DNA of 34,057 nucleotides from Trueperaceae bacterium (GCA_040905465.1 JBBDRK010000049.1:256256-290312), one strand, 5' to 3'. Positions 17,620-26,569 are shown, numbered from the stretch's first letter. Made by a program: numbers and translations. Notes: generated from the letters alone by a model not told the origin.

Positions 17620-18375
17620 GTGAAGATAGTCACCTACAACATCAAGTCCGGTATCTATCATCCCGAGGGCCTCGAGGCGGTTGCGCGGGTCCTGGAGGAA
17701 GCCGCTCCGCAGGTGATCGCACTGCAGGAGGTCGATCGCAACACGCGGCGCGCCAGGCACGAGGATCAGACGGCCTGGCTGGCCAACCGACTGGGGCTGC
17801 CGTACCACTGCTTCGGCGCGGCGACTCCCTGGGAAGGCGGCGGCGACTACGGCGTTTCGCTGATCAGCTCCTACCCGCTCGTCGACACCAAGGTTACCCA
17901 CCTGTGGGTGCCGCACGGGGCCGACGTACCGCACGGCGCCCGCGAACCACGCGTGGTGCTGTCGGCTGTCGTCGAGGCCGACAACCCCTTTACCGTGATG
18001 GTGACCCACCTGGGACTGACCGGCGAACAGCGCCGCCGGCAGGCCGAGCAACTGCTCGAGTGCGCGCGCGGTGTAAACGGCAACCGCGTGGTGGTGACCG
18101 GCGACCTCAACGGCCATCCCGATTCTCCCGAGTTGCGGGTCCTGTCGGAGTCGTTGCGCGATGTGCTGGCGGAACTGCCTGAGTCGGAGCGGATAACGTT
18201 CCCATCCGGCGATCCGGAGATGCACGGCGACGACTTCCTGGCCCGCACCATCGACTACATATTCGTGGGCGGCGGAGTTCGGGTGGAAAGTGCTCGGGTT
18301 ATAGCCGACTACTCCTTGGCTTCCGACCACAATCCCTGCGAGGCGACGCTGCTGTCGGCGGCGAGCCCCGCCTGA
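17620..18375 (+). CDS. Endonuclease/exonuclease/phosphatase-family protein
   Basis: GGAGGAG upstream; TYNI, ALQEVD, VTHL, GDLN, IDYIF, SDHNP. Confidence 0.9.
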   Translation: MKIVTYNIKSGIYHPEGLEAVARVLEEAAPQVIALQEVDRNTRRARHEDQTAWLANRLGLPYHCFGAATPWEGGGDYGVSLISSYPLVDTKVTHLWVPHGADVPHGAREPRVVLSAVVEADNPFTVMVTHLGLTGEQRRRQAEQLLECARGVNGNRVVVTGDLNGHPDSPELRVLSESLRDVLAELPESERITFPSGDPEMHGDDFLARTIDYIFVGGGVRVESARVIADYSLASDHNPCEATLLSAASPA

Positions 18376-18390
18376 GCACGACGAGCTCGC

Positions 18391-18735
18391 TCACGGCTCC
18401 TTGAACGCCGCGTTAGCCTCCTGCATCACCGTCATGGCCATGTCGCCACGCTCGCCATCGGCTTTCACCACCACCACGACACTGTCGTCACCGAGCTCCT
18501 CCTCGTAGAACTCGGCCTCCTCGCGGTCGAGTCCAAGGCGCATCAACTCGCTCGAGACCGCACCGTCGCCGGGCCTTATGGCTCGCGCGAAGGCGGCGAA
18601 GAGCGAGCTGTCGCGATTCAGTTCACCGCGGCTGAGAACGTGAATGCTGCCCTCGTCGAGGCCGAGAGCGTCGAGCCCGTTCACCGCTTGCTGCGCCTGC
18701 AGCTGATCGTCGAACATTCCGACTATGGTGCTCAT
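18391..18735 (-). CDS. Small hypothetical protein, general-stress (YflT-like) type
   Basis: GGGAGGA RBS; MSTIVGMFDD...AQQAV...LGLDREEAEFYEE...VVVV. Confidence 0.7.
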   Translation of the reverse strand: MSTIVGMFDDQLQAQQAVNGLDALGLDEGSIHVLSRGELNRDSSLFAAFARAIRPGDGAVSSELMRLGLDREEAEFYEEELGDDSVVVVVKADGERGDMAMTVMQEANAAFKEP

Positions 18736-18882
18736 TTCGTCCTCCCTTGGGTCGTCGTTCTTCCTGCCGGATGATTGTCTCCATCATGGTCGGCGCGCGT
18801 GGTGCGGCACCGTGGCCTGAGTTCCCGTCCCAGGTGAACCGGGACGGCTGCCCCAGTAGCGGTTTCTGCCGGGTAGCGCCAA

Positions 18883-18952
18883 CGGTCGATCGCCGCCTAC
18901 CTGTACCGCCGTTCGCTCAGCGCAGGCCGTAGAGGTAGGCGGCGATCGACCG
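18883..18952. repeat. 20-bp perfect inverted repeat spanning the 3' end of the cytochrome c gene
   Basis: CGGTCGATCGCCGCCTACCT (18883-18902) / AGGTAGGCGGCGATCGACCG (18933-18952). Confidence 0.85.
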
Positions 18953-19357
18953 GGCGTCCGCCTCGGACACCCGCAGGTCCGGCATGGCCGTGCCCGGCTC
19001 TACCCCCTGCGGATCCATGATCCACAGCACCAGGTTCTCGGGGGTGGTGGGGAGGTTGCCGGCGATGTATGCCCGCTCCGACATGGTCGTGAGCTCCGGC
19101 CCGACCTTGCCGCGGGCGCTCCGTATCCCGGCTATCGTGTGACAGCCCCCGCAGCCGTACTTGACCACCGCCCGCGGACCCTGATCGGGCAGGCCGCCCG
19201 CCACCTCGAAGGCCGGCGTCGTCGCCACCCCGCTGCGCGAGACGGTGATGGTGAAACCGATGGCGAACAGGGCGGCCGCTATCGATCCGACGAGAAGCAG
19301 CCTCGGAATAAGTCCTCACCCCTCCCGGCCGCGGTCGGCCATCCGATGGCCGCTCAC
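18917..19357 (-). CDS. Membrane-anchored monoheme cytochrome c; N-terminus interrupted by an in-frame TGA at 19316-19318
   Basis: CGGCH, GPELT, PGTAMP axial Met; in-frame TM segment LLLVGSIAAALFAIGFTITV upstream of the called ORF; true start uncertain. Confidence 0.75.
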
Positions 19358-19785
19358 GGAAGGCCGCAGCCGATCAGCAGCAGCGGCAACGATTCCAGCA
19401 CGATAAGCAGCACGAAGAACACCGACAGCGCCGTGATCACGGTAGCCAGCCCGGCGGCCCGCTCGAGCCCCGGGCCTCTTCGCTCGAGCGACCTGCGCCG
19501 ACCCCAGGCGAACACGACCGACGCCAGGGCGATGCCGGCGGCGATCACCGTCAGCACCGCCAGGGCCGCTACGACCCAGCCCTGCCCGGAACCGGCTGCA
19601 GCGCTCGTCGGCGCGTCCATGGCCGCGCTCATGGCAGCAGTTGCCGCTACGGGAGCGCAGGCGGCCTCCACCAGGAAGTGGCTGGTGACCAGGTGAAGCG
19701 TCCACGCGCCCGCGCCGGCCAGCAGCGCACCCCACAGCGGGGCACTGGCTCTCGCCCCCTCCTCCCGTGTCACGTTCTCCACCAC
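19354..19785 (-). CDS. Hypothetical membrane protein in the oxidase operon
   Basis: Three hydrophobic segments, WTLH...EAAC motif; lies between subunit I and cytochrome c genes. Confidence 0.7.
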   Translation of the reverse strand: MVENVTREEGARASAPLWGALLAGAGAWTLHLVTSHFLVEAACAPVAATAAMSAAMDAPTSAAAGSGQGWVVAALAVLTVIAAGIALASVVFAWGRRRSLERRGPGLERAAGLATVITALSVFFVLLIVLESLPLLLIGCGLP

Positions 19786-19821
19786 TACGCCACCACCACT
19801 ATGCCTTCACCATCTCACCCC

Positions 19822-22317
19822 CTAAACCAGCGGCACCAGGTACAGGACCACGAAGGAGACGATCGCCAGCCCCGTCGTGACGTACCAGTAGAGTGCGGCG
19901 TTGGCCAGCGGCCTTGCCGAGCGACCCTCCAGCAGACCGTTCAGATGCCGCACCAGAGCCGCGGCCAGCAGAGCAACACCCACCGCCACCGCCAGCAGGA
20001 CGAAGCCGTTTACCGCGAAGAAGGCAGACGCATAGGCGTCCGCCTGCGGCGAGAACCCGAGCCGTGAGAGCGAGTAACCGTGCAACACGAGGAACGCCAG
20101 TCCCAGCAGCATGGCCACTGGCAGCGCCAGCGCAAGCCCGGGGCCGCGCCCGGTTCCGGCGCCGCCGACGGCAAACGCGACCAGGATCGCCCCGGCCAGC
20201 AACGCCGCCGCCGAGATCGCCGGCAGCAGGATTGCCGGGCCCTGAGCCGGGCCGGCGATGCCAACCAGATAGAGGTAGCTGAACAGGAGTACCGCCTGGA
20301 CGATGGCGACGACCAAGGCGAACAGGCCGGCACCGAGAGCGCCCACCTCGTTTCCGCCCGGCCACGGGTGCCTCTCCTCGGGGTCCGGCAAGCGGTCGGA
20401 GCGCCACACGAGGTCGCGCATCCGGGCGTTGGGCCACAACCAGAAAGCAACCGCCAGCGCCGCCAGGGCCAGTCCGAAGACTCCCAGCCAAACGAGCTTG
20501 ACCAGCACGGCCAGCGCCGCCAGGGCAACGCCCAGTGCGGCCACGAACGGTACATAGGTGGGTCCCGGGTAGAAGATGACGCCTCTGACCTCGCCCCCGA
20601 AGGCCGAGGTGACCAGACCGGCCCGCCAGCCGACCGGTCCGCCGTCCAGGGCGCGAGCGGCCTCGCGCAGCCGCTCCTCGTCCGGCTCGCGCCGCTCCCC
20701 CTCGATCCAGAGCGGTTCGACGCTGTGCACCACGGCCGGCGTCTCCACCGAATAGCTGGGCGGCGGCGAACTGCTCTCCCACTCCAGGGTTCCCGCCTGC
20801 CACGGGTTGCGATCGGCCCGCCGGCCCGACCGCAGGCTCCACAACACGTTTGCCGTGAAGAGCAGGAAGCCCAATGCGAGCGCATAGGCGCCGATGGTCG
20901 AGACCAGGTTGTAACCGTAGAGGCCGGTACCCTCCTGATAGGTGTACACCCTGCGCGGCATGCCGAGCAGCCCGGAGATGTGCATGGGGAAGAAGCCCAC
21001 GTTGAACGAGACGAACACTATCCAGAAGGTGATCGCTCCCAGCCGTTCGTTCATGAGCCGGCCACTTATCTTGGGAAGCCAGTAGGTTATGGCGCCGAGG
21101 ATCGGCAGGACAACGCCGCCCACCAGGACGTAATGGAAGTGGGCGACGATGAAGAAGGTGTCGTGAGCCTGCCAGTCGAACGGGACCGCTGCGACCATCA
21201 CCCCTGTCACCCCGCCGAGCGTGAAGACGACGACGAAGCCGATCACGTAGAGCATCGGCACGCTCAGCCGTGGCCTGGTGCCCCACAGCGTCGCGATCCA
21301 GGCGAAGATCTGGGTGCCGGTGGCGAGCGCGATCATGAAGCTGGTGGCGGTGAAGAAAGACGCCGCCAGCTCCGGCAACCCTGTCGTGAACATATGGTGC
21401 ACCCACAGCCCGAAGCTGACGAAGCCGGTCACCAGCAACGCCAGCACCACCAGCCGGTAGAGCGCCAGCGGCCGCCGGGCGAACGTCGGGACGATTGTCG
21501 ATACGATGCCGGTGGCCGGGATGAACATGATGTAGACCTCCGGGTGCCCGAAGATCCAGAACAGGTGCTGCCACAGGAGCGGGCTGCCGCCGCTATCGGG
21601 GTTGAAGAAGTGCAGGCCGAAGGTGCGCTCGAGCTCGAGCAGCAGCGTCGCCACGAACAGCGTGGTAAACGCGAACACCATCGAGAAACCGGTTATCACC
21701 ATCGCCCACACGAAGATCGGCATGCGGGTTATCGCCATGCCCGGCGAGCGTGTCTTGAGTGCGGTGACCACCAGCTCGGCGCCGGCGGTGATGCCGGAGA
21801 GCTCGGTGAGGCTGAGGCCGATCAGCCAGAAGTCCTGCGCTATCCCCGGCGCGAACTCCTTGCCGGAGAGCGGAGTGTAGGCGAACCAGCCGGTGTCGGG
21901 CACCTGGCCGACGAAGAACGAGGCATAGAATGTGACGCCGCCGAACAGGTAGATCCAGTAACCGAAGGCGGTGAGCCGCGGGTAAGCCATGTCGCGAGCG
22001 CCTATCATCGCCGGAACGAAGTAGATCGCCAACCCCTCGATGAAGGGCACGACGAACAGGAACATCATCGTCGAGCCGTGCATGGTGAAGAGCTGGTTGT
22101 AGAGGACCGGGTCGAGGAAGTCGTTCTCGGGAACCGCCAACTGGGTGCGCATCAGCACCGCCAGCAGGCCGCCTATCAGGAAGAAGATGAACGCGGTGAC
22201 CATGAAACGGATGCCGACTATCTTGTTGTTGACCGGGGCGAAGGCCCGCCCGAGCAGGCCGGCCGGTGGCGCCCAGGTGCGCTCCAGTTGCTCCAGGCGT
22301 TCCAGGCGCGTGCTCAC
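19822..22317 (-). CDS. ctaD: Cytochrome c oxidase subunit I (A1 type) with C-terminal subunit-III-like extension
   Basis: TMHG, FGHPEVY, WVHHM, AHFHYV, GMPRR; additional hydrophobic C-terminal region. Confidence 0.93.
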   Translation of the reverse strand: MSTRLERLEQLERTWAPPAGLLGRAFAPVNNKIVGIRFMVTAFIFFLIGGLLAVLMRTQLAVPENDFLDPVLYNQLFTMHGSTMMFLFVVPFIEGLAIYFVPAMIGARDMAYPRLTAFGYWIYLFGGVTFYASFFVGQVPDTGWFAYTPLSGKEFAPGIAQDFWLIGLSLTELSGITAGAELVVTALKTRSPGMAITRMPIFVWAMVITGFSMVFAFTTLFVATLLLELERTFGLHFFNPDSGGSPLLWQHLFWIFGHPEVYIMFIPATGIVSTIVPTFARRPLALYRLVVLALLVTGFVSFGLWVHHMFTTGLPELAASFFTATSFMIALATGTQIFAWIATLWGTRPRLSVPMLYVIGFVVVFTLGGVTGVMVAAVPFDWQAHDTFFIVAHFHYVLVGGVVLPILGAITYWLPKISGRLMNERLGAITFWIVFVSFNVGFFPMHISGLLGMPRRVYTYQEGTGLYGYNLVSTIGAYALALGFLLFTANVLWSLRSGRRADRNPWQAGTLEWESSSPPPSYSVETPAVVHSVEPLWIEGERREPDEERLREAARALDGGPVGWRAGLVTSAFGGEVRGVIFYPGPTYVPFVAALGVALAALAVLVKLVWLGVFGLALAALAVAFWLWPNARMRDLVWRSDRLPDPEERHPWPGGNEVGALGAGLFALVVAIVQAVLLFSYLYLVGIAGPAQGPAILLPAISAAALLAGAILVAFAVGGAGTGRGPGLALALPVAMLLGLAFLVLHGYSLSRLGFSPQADAYASAFFAVNGFVLLAVAVGVALLAAALVRHLNGLLEGRSARPLANAALYWYVTTGLAIVSFVVLYLVPLV

Positions 22318-22393
22318 CCGACCCCTCTCCCCCGGTCGCTCGTCACTGCAGCCGCGTCACGAGCGGCTCCAGAACGCCTTTCCCGTCGCCGGC

Positions 22394-24271
22394 TCACTCG
22401 AGGCTCTCGAGGTAGGCAAGCAGCGCCTGAAGGTCCGCGGATTCCAGGTACATCGGCGGCATCCGGTTCCCCGGCTTGATGGCCTGCGAGTTCACTATCC
22501 AGCCCCCCAGGTTGCCGCGGTTGTTGGCAACGGTGCCGGCGCCCAGGGTCATGCGGCTCGCCAAGTGGGTGAGATCCGGCCCCACCTCGCCGCTGGCGCT
22601 TGTTCCCGCTACCGTATGGCAGTTCACGCAGGCGGAGCTCAGGAATACCTCCTGTCCCTTGCGCAGCACCTGTTCGCGCGGCGGCGCCGGCGTCTGCGCG
22701 CGCCGGGAGAGCCACTCGCCGAGGCTCTCCTCCGATTCGGCCACCACCAGCAGGCGCATGTTGGCGTGCTGAGCGCCGCAGAACTCCGCGCACTTGGCGC
22801 TGTGGATGCCTACCTCGTCGACCTCGATCCACAGGTCGTTGACGGTGCCGGGTATGAGGTCCATCTTCCCCTGCAGCCCGGGTGCCCAGAAGCTGTGGAT
22901 CACGTCGGCCGACGTCAGGCGCAGCCGTACCGGCCGGCCCGCGGGAACGTGGATCTCGTTGGCGCCGACCACTCCGGAGTCCGGGTAGCGGACCTCCCAC
23001 CACCACTGGTGACCGATCACCTCGATGGTGACGGCGTCTTCGGCCGGCCGGACCAGGCCGGCGGTGATGCCCAGCGAGTATAGGAGCAACGGCACCAGGA
23101 TCACGATGGGGATGACGATTCCGCCCAGCACCACGAACGGCCCGTCGCCCAGCGGTGCTCGGCCCCCAGCGGGGCTGCGTGGCCGGAATACGGCAAGCAG
23201 CAGCAGGGCGAACACCACCAGGCACACGACCGAGGCCAGCACCAGCATGACCCACCAGAGCGAACTGATCGACCGGGCCGCCGGACCGGCCGGGCTGAGC
23301 ACCTGCGCCTCGCTCGTGCCTGCGACCAGGCCAACGGCGATAGCGACGAGCGCGGCGAGCGCGGAGTTCAGGTTGCTGCCGGCCGGCCTGGACCGATCGG
23401 CCGCGTAGCCGTCTCGCGCCGGCTGGCTCACGGGCTGGCGGGCGGTGTCGACGCGCACCAGCCCGCGGTAGAGCAGCAGGCAGGCCATCGCCAGGTAGAG
23501 CGTGCCGGGCGGCACCCACATCAGCAGGCCGGCAAGCTGCTGGTCTCGCAGCGCGGAGAAGCCGGCCGCTTCGGCCACCCGCTGGTAGTGCGGGTACCAG
23601 GCGGTGGGCGAGAGGGTGATCATCGCGCCCAGCACGCCGCCCTGAACGGCGGCGATGAACAGTAACAACGGGGCGCCGAACGGGCTGAGCCGCCGTCGGC
23701 CGAGCGGCTGGAGCAAGGACCACCAGAACAAGCTGGCGGCCGCGAGCAGGCTGCCGTGCTCGAGCGCGTGAACGGTCGTGCTAGCCAGCGCGGACTGGTA
23801 CGCGGCAGGCAGATGCCAACCCCACAGCAAGGCAACGAACGAGGCAAGCGCGACGACCGGCCGGCTGAGGGCGTGCCACCCCAGCCGTAGTGGGTGGCAA
23901 CCTCGCCAGCCGGCCACCAGCCGCCGGCGCAGGCGGATCGGCGGGAGCCACAAAAGCGCCAGCAGCGGCACGCCGGCAACCAGTAGCGGAGCGGCAACCA
24001 GCACCAGCAGCAGGTGCTGCGCCATGTGCGCGGAGAACAGCAGTGCCGAGAGCGGCTCGAGCGGGGACGCCAGCGCCACGGCCAGGGCAAGCAGGCCCAA
24101 GCTGCCCGCCACCGCCTGGGCGACGCTCACCCCACGACCGACACCGGCAGCGAACCAGGCGCGAGTCACCCCCGCAAGATATAGAACGGTCGTCAACGCC
24201 AGCCCCAGCAACAGCGCCGGTTCGAACGGCCAGAGGCCGGCAACCATCACCACTGCCGGCGTCGCGCTCAT
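22394..24271 (-). CDS. coxB: Fusion of CtaG-type caa3 assembly factor, cytochrome c oxidase subunit II (CuA) and cytochrome c
   Basis: LFSAHMAQH, WHLP, HALEH, DQQLAGLLMW (CtaG); QWWW, DVIHSFW, CAEFCGAQHANM (CuA); CVNCH...PGNRMP. Confidence 0.88.
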   Translation of the reverse strand: MSATPAVVMVAGLWPFEPALLLGLALTTVLYLAGVTRAWFAAGVGRGVSVAQAVAGSLGLLALAVALASPLEPLSALLFSAHMAQHLLLVLVAAPLLVAGVPLLALLWLPPIRLRRRLVAGWRGCHPLRLGWHALSRPVVALASFVALLWGWHLPAAYQSALASTTVHALEHGSLLAAASLFWWSLLQPLGRRRLSPFGAPLLLFIAAVQGGVLGAMITLSPTAWYPHYQRVAEAAGFSALRDQQLAGLLMWVPPGTLYLAMACLLLYRGLVRVDTARQPVSQPARDGYAADRSRPAGSNLNSALAALVAIAVGLVAGTSEAQVLSPAGPAARSISSLWWVMLVLASVVCLVVFALLLLAVFRPRSPAGGRAPLGDGPFVVLGGIVIPIVILVPLLLYSLGITAGLVRPAEDAVTIEVIGHQWWWEVRYPDSGVVGANEIHVPAGRPVRLRLTSADVIHSFWAPGLQGKMDLIPGTVNDLWIEVDEVGIHSAKCAEFCGAQHANMRLLVVAESEESLGEWLSRRAQTPAPPREQVLRKGQEVFLSSACVNCHTVAGTSASGEVGPDLTHLASRMTLGAGTVANNRGNLGGWIVNSQAIKPGNRMPPMYLESADLQALLAYLESLE

Positions 24272-24572
24272 GACGCCACCTGGCGATTCGGTGCCGGGGC
24301 GACCCCGAATCGGTGCTGTGAGCTGGTCATCGTCCCCCCGGATCGCTCGCCGTTGCTGAACCTGGGCATCTGCGATGCCCCGAGTCGAGTCCGGCCGGCC
24401 CGCGGCGGGCCCGAGCCGCTGAGTATCGCAGTCCTCACCCAGGTATAGCAGAGGTTCAGCGGCGCCGAAGGTACGTGGCTCTCAATTTTCCGGGAAACGA
24501 GCGTGGCGAATGCCGGACGTCATGAGCGCGCCACGGTGGTCGGTGCCTCTCTGCCGTCGGCAGCTATCGGCC

Positions 24573-25121
24573 TCAGCGCCTCACCGCCCACGGCGGCCCT
24601 GCCGCCAGCGCACGGGCGGCCGCCGGACAGCCCTCTCGGTGCGCGCCTGCCAGGTAGCCGGTGCTGACCAGGAACTCGTTGACGATCTCGCCTCCCGTGA
24701 ACAGGAAGGTCTGCTTGAACAGCTTGGTCCACTCGGCGCGAGTCAGCGGGTGCCTGGTGTCGAGCCAGCCCTTGAACGAGCCGTATTCGCTTCGCAGCGC
24801 CAGGATCCGGCGGGCGTTCTCGATGGCGGCGTCGACCTTCTTGCGGTTGCGGATGATGCCCGCGTCGGCCAGCAGCCGCGCCCGGTCCTCCTCGCCGTAA
24901 GACGCCACCCGCTCGATATCGAACGAGTGATAGGCGCGCTCGAATCCCTCTCGCTTGCGCAGGATGGTGAGCCAGGAGAGTCCGGCCTGGTTTATCTCCA
25001 GCACCAGTCGCTCGAAAAGCCGGTCGTCATCGACCACCGGAAAGCCGTACTCATTATCGTGATAGGGCCCGTGGAAACGATGGCCGGTTGCGATATCGCA
25101 GTAGCTGGGAGGCTGGTCCAT
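24573..25121 (-). CDS. tag: DNA-3-methyladenine glycosylase I
   Basis: YHDNEYG, LFERLVLEINQAGLSWLTIL, IIRNRKK, GAHREGC. Confidence 0.9.
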   Translation of the reverse strand: MDQPPSYCDIATGHRFHGPYHDNEYGFPVVDDDRLFERLVLEINQAGLSWLTILRKREGFERAYHSFDIERVASYGEEDRARLLADAGIIRNRKKVDAAIENARRILALRSEYGSFKGWLDTRHPLTRAEWTKLFKQTFLFTGGEIVNEFLVSTGYLAGAHREGCPAAARALAAGPPWAVRR

Positions 25122-25177
25122 CGGCCGAGCATAGCGCGCGTTCGAGGCGCCCGGCCATATGCGCGTATCCTGAGTCG
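25122..25177. promoter_or_regulatory. Back-to-back leaderless -10 promoters for tag and hemY
   Basis: Minus TATGCT (25133-25128) 6 nt before tag ATG; plus TATCCT (25166-25171) 6 nt before hemY ATG; no SD for either. Confidence 0.6.
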
Positions 25178-26557
25178 ATGGCGTTTCGAGTTGCGGTGAT
25201 AGGTGGCGGGGTGGCGGGTCTGGCTGTGGCGTTCGAGTTGCGTCGCCGTCGACCCGACTGGTCGGTGGTGGTTCTCGAGAAGGAGCAGGCGCCGGGCGGC
25301 AAGGTCCGCTCGAGCGCGTGCGACGGCTTCATCTACGACTGGGGGCCCAACGGTTTTCAACCGGCACCACGCACGCTCGAGCTGGTGGAGCAGCTGGGGC
25401 TGACCGCGAGCCTGGTGCCGGCCTCGGATAACGCCCGTTTCCGCTACCTGTTTCGCGACGGTGGGCTGCGTCGGGTGCCGGCGAAACCGCAGGAGTTCCT
25501 CACCAGCGAGCTGCTCTCCCCCGCCGGCAAGCTTCGCGCAGCTCTCGAGCCGTTGCTGGCGCGGCGATCCGCTCGAGCAGCCCACCTCGAAGAGTCGGTT
25601 CACGACTTCGTGGCACGTCACTTCGGTCGGGAAGCGGCCACCGTCCTGGCCGGCCCGCTGGTCCTCGGGGTGACTGCGGGCGATGCCCGCAAGCTCAGCG
25701 TCGACTCGCTGTTCCCGGGACTGCGCCGGCTGGAAACGGAGCACGCCAGCCTGCTCCAGGGCATGGCCGCGTCGCGGGGGCGGCGCCCGGCCGGCCCGGC
25801 TCTCTACAGTTTCCCGGGCGGAATGGGAACCCTGACGACCGTCCTGGCCGAGCGGTTGGGCGGCGCGGTGCGCTATGGCGCCGGGGTCGAGCGCCTCGGC
25901 AAGCCGCCAGACGGCGGTTTCGAGCTGTTCCTGGCGGGCGGTGAACGACTGTTGGCCGAGCGGGTAGTCATGGCCGCGCCGGCCTATGCTGCGGCTTCGC
26001 TGCTGCAGCCGCTGTCGCCGGCCGCCGCGGCTTCGCTGGCGGAAATACCGTATGCCGACGTCAGCATGTTGGCGTTCGGTTTCCCGCGTATAGACGTTCC
26101 GCATCCCCTGGATGGGTTCGGTTTCCTGGTGCCCAGAGGTGAGCTGGTGCGCAGCCTGGGCGTTCTCTGGACCTCGGCGCTCTTCGGCGACCGCTCGCCG
26201 GAGCGAACGGTTCTGTTGCGCGTGATCGCCGGTGGGACGCTCGACCCCGGCTTCGCCGACCTGAGCGACGAGGCGGCCATCGTTCAGGTGCGGCGCGACC
26301 TGCGGGTGACTATGGGGATCACCGCCGAGCCGCTTCTGGCGCGCAGGGTCCGGTTGGCGCGGGCGATTCCGCAGTACGAGCTCGGCCACGCCGGGCGAGT
26401 TGCCCGGGCGATGACGGCGGTTCGAGAACTGGGCGCCGTGGTGCTCGCCGGCAACGCTTACAGTGGCGTAGCTGTGAACGATTGCGTGCGTGACGCCGAC
26501 CGAGTGGCGAACGAGATCCTGGGAGAGGACGCGGATGGCGGCTCCTCGCTCTCCTGA
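25178..26557 (+). CDS. hemY: FAD-dependent protoporphyrinogen oxidase (HemY family)
   Basis: VIGGGVAGL, WGPNGF, GFGFLVP, IPQYELGH, GNAYSGVAVNDCV. Confidence 0.92.
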   Translation: MAFRVAVIGGGVAGLAVAFELRRRRPDWSVVVLEKEQAPGGKVRSSACDGFIYDWGPNGFQPAPRTLELVEQLGLTASLVPASDNARFRYLFRDGGLRRVPAKPQEFLTSELLSPAGKLRAALEPLLARRSARAAHLEESVHDFVARHFGREAATVLAGPLVLGVTAGDARKLSVDSLFPGLRRLETEHASLLQGMAASRGRRPAGPALYSFPGGMGTLTTVLAERLGGAVRYGAGVERLGKPPDGGFELFLAGGERLLAERVVMAAPAYAAASLLQPLSPAAAASLAEIPYADVSMLAFGFPRIDVPHPLDGFGFLVPRGELVRSLGVLWTSALFGDRSPERTVLLRVIAGGTLDPGFADLSDEAAIVQVRRDLRVTMGITAEPLLARRVRLARAIPQYELGHAGRVARAMTAVRELGAVVLAGNAYSGVAVNDCVRDADRVANEILGEDADGGSSLS

Positions 26558-26569
26558 GCCCACTCTCCG

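Noticed and set aside
19316-19318. Selenocysteine recoding of the in-frame TGA
   Set aside because: Non-catalytic N-terminal position and no recognisable SECIS hairpin
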